DNA of 43,807 bases from a virus. Its lineage: Duplodnaviria > Caudoviricetes. Every line of letters begins with the position of its first letter. Within the stretch, counting starts at the first letter, position 1. Shown piece after piece: positions 35,053-42,460 of the stretch. A program made the translations under genes and the position numbers. The stretch is taken from positions 1 through 43,807 of the IMG/VR virus record IMGVR_UViG_3300049141_000046; one strand, given 5' to 3'. The notes under the pieces are model-generated. The model saw only the letters and a program-made list of their open reading frames with translations, was not told the origin of the DNA and made no database searches.

Positions 35053-36810
35053 TCAGACCCGGACCGTGCCGGAGTGCAGCGCGGAGGTGGCGCCGTTGAC
35101 GTTGAAGCCGACCCGGTAGCGGCGGGACTCGTGACCGACGCGGGCGATGAGGTGCGCCTCCTCGCTCCAGGCGGCGGTGTGGTCATTGGTTTCGTTGAGC
35201 ACCGAGTCGCGGACCACGCCGAGGTCCAGGCTCATGCCGTTGCCGTGGAGGAACGTGCCGGCCGGGTACATCAGGAAGTCGACCGTGGTCGGCCATGCGG
35301 TCATGGCGGTGGAGTGGCCGAACTGGCCGGACCCGCGGACCTGCCAGTCGTCGACCCACTGCGGGCGGACGTTGCGCTCCAGGAAGTAGCCGTCGATCTC
35401 CCCGTTGGACACGGCCAGCAGCTCGACGCCGGCCTTCCAGGCGAGGTCGGCGCGGATGACCTCGCGGACCCACTGCGGGAGGACGACTTCGAGGACGTCG
35501 TCGAGGCACATGCCGTACCGCTCGCGGGTGTCGACGGCGGCGAGGGCTGTGGCGTTGAAGATGCGGGGTGCGGCCGCGTCGGTGACGGCGCCGCCGCTGA
35601 TGCTGATGGCCGTCGTGGACAGGGCCAGCATCTGTGCGATGAGGCGGGCGTTGATGGCGTGGTCGTGAGCCGACATGAGGAGTCGGATCATGTTCTGTGT
35701 GGCTTCGGGGTACGCGTCGTTGGCGAGGTTGCCCGCGGTCAGGCAGATGCCGTAGACCTCCAGGCGGGCCTCGTCGAACTCCGGGCACGGCACCCTGACA
35801 CACGGCTTGGTCGGGGAGCCGGTGGCGGCGGCGATGTCGTCGGCCTCGGTCCACAGCCACGGCACCGAGGTGACGCTGAGTTCCTCGGAGAACGGGGCGA
35901 AGGCGACGGAGTCGACGGCGTCCGCGAGGGACGGCGAGACGGGGAACTGGACGCCGCCGCGGGTGACGCCGAACGTCGGCAGGTCGATCAGGCCCGACGA
36001 GCAGGCGATGTTGAAGAAGTCGTAGCGGATCTCCGATGGCGCGCACCAGCCGCCGGCCGCGACGAGGGCCTCGGCGTCGCCTTCCCGTCGGGTGAGGTAG
36101 CGGAACAGTTCCTCGACCTGGGCGGGGGTGGTGCGGTCGTCGACGGTGTGGGAGAACTCGTTGCGGATGCTCGCGACGGTCTGGTAGTTCGGGTTGCCGC
36201 GGGTGACCGGCATGCTCTTGGCCTTGCGGGACACCACGTCGACGACGGAGTCGAAGGTGGCGAGTTCGCCGCCGTGGGCGACGCCGGGGATGTCGACGGA
36301 TGCGGTGATGGCGAGCCGCTGCTGGGGCACCTTCTGCGCGGGTGCGTGGCGGGCGGTCTCGGCGAGGGAGGCGGTGGCGCGGCGGGCGATCTCGTCGGGG
36401 CGGACGGTGCCGCCGCGGCGGTCCATCATGAACGCGGACAGTGCGGCGGTGACGCCCTGCGCGGTGGCCTCGGCGATCCCGGCGGCGTCGACCTGCGCGG
36501 TCTGCTCGGCCGTGGCCTGTGCGGCGGGGGCGCCGTTGACTCGGGCCTGGAGCTGAGAGAGCTGCTCGGCCACGCGGTTCTGCTGGAGGGCGGCCTGCTG
36601 TTCGGCGCGGACCTCGCGGACGCGGAGCTCGGCGCGGATGCGGTCGAGGTCGTCGGTGAGGCGCATGGCGTACTGGAGCGTCTCGGGGTCGACGTTGTCG
36701 CCGTTGACGCGCTCGAACTCGGCGACGGCTCGCGTTTCGAGGTCGGCGAGGTCGGCATCGGAGGCCAGTGTGAGATCGGATGGGGCGCTGAACAGTTCCT
36801 CGGCCGGCAC
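35053..36810 (-). CDS. major capsid (hexamer) protein with N-terminal scaffold-like region
   Basis: Coiled-coil N-terminus; LVAAGGWCAPSE..YD, DLP...RGG, KPC..VPCP; GGAGG RBS. Confidence 0.88.
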   Translation of the reverse strand: MPAEELFSAPSDLTLASDADLADLETRAVAEFERVNGDNVDPETLQYAMRLTDDLDRIRAELRVREVRAEQQAALQQNRVAEQLSQLQARVNGAPAAQATAEQTAQVDAAGIAEATAQGVTAALSAFMMDRRGGTVRPDEIARRATASLAETARHAPAQKVPQQRLAITASVDIPGVAHGGELATFDSVVDVVSRKAKSMPVTRGNPNYQTVASIRNEFSHTVDDRTTPAQVEELFRYLTRREGDAEALVAAGGWCAPSEIRYDFFNIACSSGLIDLPTFGVTRGGVQFPVSPSLADAVDSVAFAPFSEELSVTSVPWLWTEADDIAAATGSPTKPCVRVPCPEFDEARLEVYGICLTAGNLANDAYPEATQNMIRLLMSAHDHAINARLIAQMLALSTTAISISGGAVTDAAAPRIFNATALAAVDTRERYGMCLDDVLEVVLPQWVREVIRADLAWKAGVELLAVSNGEIDGYFLERNVRPQWVDDWQVRGSGQFGHSTAMTAWPTTVDFLMYPAGTFLHGNGMSLDLGVVRDSVLNETNDHTAAWSEEAHLIARVGHESRRYRVGFNVNGATSALHSGTVRV

Positions 36811-36885
36811 GGTGACCTCCGTTGTGAAGGGGTGTGCGCCCTGCTGTTTGGCGCCCTTTGATCGCGAACGTTAGCGCATAGCACA

Positions 36886-36921
36886 CGGACCGGTAAAGAG
36901 TCAATTCTCTTCACCGGTCCG
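36886..36921 (-). terminator. hairpin upstream of the major capsid gene
   Basis: CGGACCGGTGAAGAG / CTCTTTACCGGTCCG, 15 bp with one G-U on minus. Confidence 0.55.
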
Positions 36922-36933
36922 CATATATAAAGG

Positions 36934-36996
36934 TCAGGCGCTCGGAGGGGGCGGCGGCGGGGGTGCCGGACGGCGCCTCTTATTGCAGCTGCACAC
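36934..36996 (-). CDS. 20-aa micropeptide MCSCNKRRRPAPPPPPPPSA
   Basis: GGAGGTGA SD 6 nt before GTG; between the protease and capsid genes. Confidence 0.55.
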   Translation of the reverse strand: MCSCNKRRRPAPPPPPPPSA

Positions 36997-37002
36997 GCTT
37001 GC

Positions 37003-39927
37003 TCACCTCCCTCCGGGGTGTACGCGGCGCGACAGCATCCGCATCACAATCCGCACCGCATCCCGCTCCAGATCCGACTGCGACCTACCCCACGCCACCG
37101 TCGGACGGCCCGCCGCTAGCAACGCCTGCGGCTCCCCGCTGGCCACGCGCGCCCGCATCTTCGGCACCGGGAACCCAGGCACGTTCACCGCCAACAGGCC
37201 CACCAGCCGCAGCTGCCCGCCGATCCGCCGCCAGTCACCCGAGACCTGGCCCGCGGCCTGGAGTTCGTACACCTTCAGCGGGTCCGCGCCCGGCCGGATG
37301 GCGCCCGCGACCCAGATGCCGTGCGCGTCGTTGCCGACCGCTACATCCGCCACAGCCGCGCCGGTGTTGTCGTAGTGCTCGGCCGCCGGAGACGCCCCGT
37401 AGTGCAGCGGCGCGTGCCCGGTGCCTACGGTGATCTGACCGACCGCCACCCGGGAGCCGTCCGCGCAGACGACCTCGCCGGTGCGGTAGTACGGGTGGGC
37501 GTCCTCGTGCGGCGGCTGCACACACACGTCGTCCTGCCCGATGTGGCACGACCCCCACTGCGCGGCGTGCCCGTAGATCCGGCCGTCGTCCGTCACTGTG
37601 ATCGGCGTGGGCAGCGACAGGCCCGGGTCGGAAAACCAGTCCGTCGGTGGCTTCCACGGCGCGGCACCCGCAGCGACGAGGTGCAGAGCGCGCGGCTTCG
37701 GCGACCGGGCCGCCTCCTCGCCGGTCGCGGGCGGGGCGAGCGCCTCCACCTCGGCCGCGGTGACCGGCACTCCGCCGGCCACGACTGCGCCGGCCTCGTC
37801 GAGGAGGGCGATGTACGCCTCGGCGAACGCGGGGATGTCGACGAGGGTGGCGGCGCGGATGCGGCCGCCGTGGAAGACGATCTTCTCGGGCTGCGCGAAC
37901 AGCATCTCGAAGAGGTCGTCCTCGCCGGGCTCTTCGGTGCCGGCGTTGACGTCGTCGGGGAAGACGTACTCGACGTCGGCGTCGGCGATGGAGTCGGCGT
38001 CGATGGAGACGCCGCGGAGGAACTTGCCTTCGATCTTGGCGTGGACGCGGCGGCCGTCGTCGTCGGAGAGGTCGAGGACTCCGGCGCCCATGATTTTGGG
38101 GCCGTCGCGCCAGACCTTGTCGATGCGGCCGACGTTGACGGCGATGGTGCGGGCTTCGCCGCCGTGTGAGTCTTCCTTGTTCCAGCGGAGCGGGACGGGG
38201 AGGTCGGCCCAGGTGAGGGCTTCGGGGGCGAACTCGCGGCCGTCGCCGGTGACGATGCCTTCGACGGCGAGGACGCCTTCCCACGGGGCGGTCTGTCCGC
38301 TGTAGTCGAGGTCATCGTCGTCGTCGGGTTCCTCGTTGGCGCCGTCCTCGTCGGCGGCGAGCGCGGCGATCTGCTCCTCGGCTTCCGCTTCCGTGGCGTG
38401 GCAGCCCATGAGTTCGTTGGTGTCGGTCTGGACGACGGCCCACGGCGTTTCGGCACCGCAGTCCGGGTGGTCCTGCACTGTGCTGTAGGGCACGGCGCCT
38501 CCCTGCGTGGTGGTCTGGTGCGGCATTGTGGTCGCGGACGCCGCCAAGATCATTCCGGCTGCCGCTTGCTCGCTGTCCTGCGGCCACACCGTGACGAGCG
38601 TTCCGCGGCAGCGAGCCCCGCCGAGGCAGCCGGTGTAGCCGCCGGACGGGTAGGCCTCCCGCGCGTCGGGCAGCGTGGTGTAGCGGGTGCCGTCGATGTC
38701 CCTGCACGGCTTGCACGAGGTGCGGTCCAGGATCTCCGTGGCCGTGTACTCAGCGGGTGGTGCCACCGCCAGCACTGCCATGCGGCCCTCGTTCTGTGCG
38801 GCCGTCATCGCGGCGCCGATCTGCTCCTCAACTGCCGCTCCGGACAGGGCCGCGAGGTGCTCATCCACTGCGGTAGCGACGTGCTGCGCCGAACCAGAGC
38901 CCCACACGCGCATCGCCTGCCGGACCCCGGACTGCACCAGCCCAACTCCCAGCACCCGCGCGGCCGTACGGCCGACCTGGCGTAGCCGGTCCCGGATCGC
39001 CGCGGCGGTGAGCGCCTCGTCGTCCAGCGACCACTCGGGGATGGTGATGCCCTGGGCTTCGGCCTCGGCTTGCTGCGCCTCGCCCGCCTCCCGCGCGTAG
39101 GCGATCATGCGGGCGATCAGCAGGCGGGCCCCGTCATCGGTGTCGACGGTGAACTCGTCGAGCCGGTCGAGGTTGTCGGCTTCGGCGGCGGCCTGGACGG
39201 CGGCGGTGATCTGCTCCCGTTGGGCGGTCTGAATGTCGGCCCACGCTTCGACGGTGGCGGTGACGGCTTCGTGCCAGGCCTTGTCCATGGCGGCGAAGTC
39301 GGCGCGGCTCGCGACCTCCAGCTCGGTGGGCTGCCGCCGCAGGGGGCCAGCCGCAGCGGTGACGGACTCGCCGAGGGGGATGTCGGTGTGGTCCCCGGCG
39401 AACGCCACCCGCACACGGTCGAAGGTGACCGGGCCGAGGCGCTCCTCCAACGCAATGATCAGGTCGAGCTGGTCGGAGTACGCGGCACAGATGTGCGGCA
39501 CCCACGGCGTGTGCTGATCCGGCAGTTCAGGGTGGTCGACCCCCTCGCCGAGGGCCTCTTCAAGCGCCATGACGATCGCCCCGTGCAGCATGCCCAGGGT
39601 CCGGGGCGTGTCCGGGTCATCGCCGACGGACCACACCCAGGAGGGTTCGTCGCCGTTGCCGTTCCAGTGGGCCGCGCCGAACACCTTGGCCGCCAGGGGG
39701 CCGCTGATGTAGTGCGGCAATACGTCGGTGACCCCTTGGGTCACGGCGCTTCTGGCGTCCTCGCCGAAGTCGGCACCTGTGCCGAGGTAGTACAGCGTCA
39801 GGTGCAGCTGGTCCGCGGCCTCGCCGCCCTCGATCGCCAGCCGCTCCGCATCCTCCACGGTCGGCATCAACGCGATCATCGCGCCGGACAGGTGCGAGCC
39901 GTCAGCCGCGGCTGTGAGCGAGGCCAT
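37003..39927 (-). CDS. fusion of 2H phosphoesterase, MuF-like domain and capsid maturation protease
   Basis: HLTL and PHIC motifs; CKPC..CLGG.RCRG; TGDGR.F, LP.PL, H, G.ID, GVSID; G..A.W..CH and SGDWR; start MASLTA at 39927. Confidence 0.82.
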   Translation of the reverse strand: MASLTAAADGSHLSGAMIALMPTVEDAERLAIEGGEAADQLHLTLYYLGTGADFGEDARSAVTQGVTDVLPHYISGPLAAKVFGAAHWNGNGDEPSWVWSVGDDPDTPRTLGMLHGAIVMALEEALGEGVDHPELPDQHTPWVPHICAAYSDQLDLIIALEERLGPVTFDRVRVAFAGDHTDIPLGESVTAAAGPLRRQPTELEVASRADFAAMDKAWHEAVTATVEAWADIQTAQREQITAAVQAAAEADNLDRLDEFTVDTDDGARLLIARMIAYAREAGEAQQAEAEAQGITIPEWSLDDEALTAAAIRDRLRQVGRTAARVLGVGLVQSGVRQAMRVWGSGSAQHVATAVDEHLAALSGAAVEEQIGAAMTAAQNEGRMAVLAVAPPAEYTATEILDRTSCKPCRDIDGTRYTTLPDAREAYPSGGYTGCLGGARCRGTLVTVWPQDSEQAAAGMILAASATTMPHQTTTQGGAVPYSTVQDHPDCGAETPWAVVQTDTNELMGCHATEAEAEEQIAALAADEDGANEEPDDDDDLDYSGQTAPWEGVLAVEGIVTGDGREFAPEALTWADLPVPLRWNKEDSHGGEARTIAVNVGRIDKVWRDGPKIMGAGVLDLSDDDGRRVHAKIEGKFLRGVSIDADSIADADVEYVFPDDVNAGTEEPGEDDLFEMLFAQPEKIVFHGGRIRAATLVDIPAFAEAYIALLDEAGAVVAGGVPVTAAEVEALAPPATGEEAARSPKPRALHLVAAGAAPWKPPTDWFSDPGLSLPTPITVTDDGRIYGHAAQWGSCHIGQDDVCVQPPHEDAHPYYRTGEVVCADGSRVAVGQITVGTGHAPLHYGASPAAEHYDNTGAAVADVAVGNDAHGIWVAGAIRPGADPLKVYELQAAGQVSGDWRRIGGQLRLVGLLAVNVPGFPVPKMRARVASGEPQALLAAGRPTVAWGRSQSDLERDAVRIVMRMLSRRVHPGGR
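38525..38558 (-). promoter_or_regulatory. intragenic copy of the late-promoter-like motif
   Basis: CCGGAATGATC-N17-CACAAT, then GGAGG and in-frame GTG at 38493. Confidence 0.55.
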
Positions 39928-41701
39928 TGGTGCTCCGAGTCGTCGAGAAGAAGGAAGAGGTGTCCAGCAGCGGCGACAGCTGGCCGATCGTGAACCGGCC
40001 GAACGCATCCAGCCGAGCCTCGTACACGCCCGACGTCCCCGGCCGCGGCAGGCTGTGCAGCTTCAGTGCGGCGTGCGTGAACGGGCACGAGAACGCATGC
40101 TGCGAGCACAGCGCCGGGTGGAGGAGTTCGGGCGGCCGGCCGGTCGCGAACCGTACGGCGTGCAACGCCTGGGCCTGCCCGGCCATCCGCTCGGAACGCT
40201 GCGCTGCGGCAGCCTGCCGTGCAGCCGCTGCGACCTCGGCGTCGTCGCGGGTACCGGGCGCGGCCCGCTCCTCTGCCGGTGCCTCCGCCTGCCGCCGTGA
40301 TGGTGGGGTGCCGGGGGTCTGCGCGGCGACCGGGGTGATGCTGACCTGCTGGCCGATGAGGGTGGACAGCGCGGACCCGGCACCGGACGGCAGGGTCTTG
40401 ATGATGACCTTGAGGGCCTGCTCCTTGAGTTCCTCGTCGGTCGGCTTGTCCGACTCGTCGAAGCCTGTCTCGCGGCGGAGCGCAGCCCCGTCGATCTCCA
40501 TCCGGTCGTAGAGCAGGACCGCGTCGCCGGAGCGGTCCGGGCGCAGCGTGAGTTCGCTCATGTCGTACCAGACGACCCAGTTCGCCCAGTCCTTCACGCC
40601 TGATGCTTTGAGGCGGGGCTGGAGATAGCCGGTGGTCATGGCCTGGCAGATCAGTTCCGCGTCGGGGGCGACGTCGACCTTGAGGCTGGTTTCGTCGCTG
40701 ATCCAGGCGTTCCAGTGGTTCAGGTCGCCCATGCCGAGGAGGACTTCTGCGGGGACGTTGAGCTGGGAGGCGAGCCGCTTGATCGCGGAGTCCCGCTTCT
40801 CAATGATCTTGTCGTCGATCTTCAGGGTGAAGTCGAGATGCTTGATCTTGTCGACGTACTCGGCAGGCACCTTGATCGGAATCGGCACCACCCCAGCCGC
40901 CGTCCCGGGCGTCCGGATCGCCTCCGCCGCCATCTCGATCCACTCCGCGATGAACGGATCCGGGGCGTCAGCGAACTCCTCCCGCACCGGGAAGGTGACC
41001 TCCTGCGGGAACATCACCACGCCAGCTGACGCCAGCCGCGACAGGTACTGGGCGACGATGTGCCGGTTGACGAGCTCCAGCTCCCGCATCGTCGAACGCG
41101 CAGCGCGGGTGGGGCTGTCGGCTAGGTGGTGATAGCGCTTGTTCGGGCGCCACACCCGGATCGGGGCCATCGAGTCCGGGGCGAGCGGGCGCCAGTTGTT
41201 GCCGGAGGTGACGTTGTTCTCGTCGATGACCTCGTACCGGTTGCGTGCGGCGCGGACTTCGTCGATGGACCGGACCGACCACTTCTCGATGCCGCCCACG
41301 TTCTCGACGATGAGGTAGCCCTCGCCGGGGACTCGGAGTTGGGTGGCGAGGCCGCCCATGATCTGCGCCTGTCCGGCGGGGCCTCCGGCGAAGGCGGTCA
41401 TGAGGTCGACGGCTGTTCCGGCCGGGGCGCGTACGGGTTCGTCGGCGCCGGGTTCGAGGCGGGCTGCGTAGAGGCGGACGCGGGAGAGGCGCTTGGCTTC
41501 CCAGTCGGTGGCGTACCGGAATTCGCCGAGGGTGTCGTGGTAGCCCCAGACTTCTTCCTGCCAGGACTCGGTGGTGCGGAGGAAGGTGGTGCGGGGGCTG
41601 GTGACGGGCGCGGCTGCGGCGGTGAGCGCGGCCGGGGCCATCACGTGTGGGGTGGGTGTGGGCAAGGGGCCGCGTCGGGTGAAGGCGTGCCACCAGGCCA
41701 T
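39902..41701 (-). CDS. portal protein
   Basis: Between terminase and head protease; WQEE.W, GE.Y, SRLASAG and NHW.AW; GGGAG RBS before ATG 41701. Confidence 0.85.
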   Translation of the reverse strand: MAWWHAFTRRGPLPTPTPHVMAPAALTAAAAPVTSPRTTFLRTTESWQEEVWGYHDTLGEFRYATDWEAKRLSRVRLYAARLEPGADEPVRAPAGTAVDLMTAFAGGPAGQAQIMGGLATQLRVPGEGYLIVENVGGIEKWSVRSIDEVRAARNRYEVIDENNVTSGNNWRPLAPDSMAPIRVWRPNKRYHHLADSPTRAARSTMRELELVNRHIVAQYLSRLASAGVVMFPQEVTFPVREEFADAPDPFIAEWIEMAAEAIRTPGTAAGVVPIPIKVPAEYVDKIKHLDFTLKIDDKIIEKRDSAIKRLASQLNVPAEVLLGMGDLNHWNAWISDETSLKVDVAPDAELICQAMTTGYLQPRLKASGVKDWANWVVWYDMSELTLRPDRSGDAVLLYDRMEIDGAALRRETGFDESDKPTDEELKEQALKVIIKTLPSGAGSALSTLIGQQVSITPVAAQTPGTPPSRRQAEAPAEERAAPGTRDDAEVAAAARQAAAAQRSERMAGQAQALHAVRFATGRPPELLHPALCSQHAFSCPFTHAALKLHSLPRPGTSGVYEARLDAFGRFTIGQLSPLLDTSSFFSTTRSTNGLAHSRG

Positions 41702-41738
41702 CGTGTCTCCCGCAGTCCCGTGGGGTGGGTGTGCGGGT

Positions 41739-41772
41739 GACGGTAGGACCGGCCGAGGGAAGATCATTCCGG
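41739..41772 (-). promoter_or_regulatory. repeated late-promoter-like motif
   Basis: CCGGAATGATC-N15-CTACCGTC upstream of the portal. Confidence 0.75.
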
Positions 41773-41785
41773 GCTGGGAACGGCT

Positions 41786-41959
41786 GCGGCTCCCCGCGCC
41801 AACAGGGAGCCGCTGTGCTGCCCGACGCGTCCCGGTTGGAGCCAAGGAGCGATAGGAGAAGCCGCCAGGATAGCGGCACAGCGTGAGGGCCGTCCGCGAC
41901 GCCCAGCGCGAACGGCCCTCAGCTACCACCACCACGGACCCGAAGGACCCGGCTCCTAC
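41786..41959 (-). ncRNA. candidate structured late ncRNA
   Basis: Own motif promoter at 41967-41999; nested stems, cUUCGg loop, G-U pairs on minus, terminal hairpin. Confidence 0.5.
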
Positions 41960-41966
41960 ACGTCCG

Positions 41967-41999
41967 ATGCTACGGCCGCGCGCGCCTGCCCCATTCCGG
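41967..41999 (-). promoter_or_regulatory. variant late-promoter-like motif
   Basis: CCGGAATGGGG-N16-TAGCAT, same box-to-(-10) spacing as the three best copies. Confidence 0.6.
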
Positions 42000-42001
42000 C
42001 G

Positions 42002-42460
42002 TCACGCCCACTCCTGCGCCGCGATCAGCGCACCCACCGCCCACACCGCGAACCACACCAGCACCGGCATCGCCAGCCCGACCGTGGCCCACACCCCGGC
42101 GGTCACCGCGAGCGCGATCCAACCGGATGCGCACCAGGGGCAGGAGATCAACTCGGCCAGCCAGAACGGTGACCGCTTCCACCGGCGGGCGTAGATCTGC
42201 AGCTCGCCGTCGACCAGGCCGAACATCCCGAGGCCGGGGACGCTCTTGAAGCATCCCTCCTCGACCTCCCCCTGCGGGAACTGCTCGTGGTGCTGCTCCT
42301 TCATCGTCGGCGCACGCCACCCGCCGACCAGTCGGTCCCTAAGCCACATCACCGGTGGAAACGTGTCCTCCACCACCAGCTTCGTGCCCCGGTACGTCGC
42401 CAGCGACATCACGATCAGCAGCAGCCACAGGTCCATGCCGGCCACCGTAGCCGCGTCCAT
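42002..42460 (-). CDS. DUF1360-like membrane protein
   Basis: LATYR.T.LV..D, LRDR and ELISCPWCASGW; TGATG overlap with the terminase stop. Confidence 0.75.
   Translation of the reverse strand: MDAATVAGMDLWLLLIVMSLATYRGTKLVVEDTFPPVMWLRDRLVGGWRAPTMKEQHHEQFPQGEVEEGCFKSVPGLGMFGLVDGELQIYARRWKRSPFWLAELISCPWCASGWIALAVTAGVWATVGLAMPVLVWFAVWAVGALIAAQEWA

Noticed and set aside
41702-41935. N-terminal extension of the portal as given in the ORF track
   Set aside because: No well-spaced SD at 41935; a promoter motif and SD point to ATG 41701.
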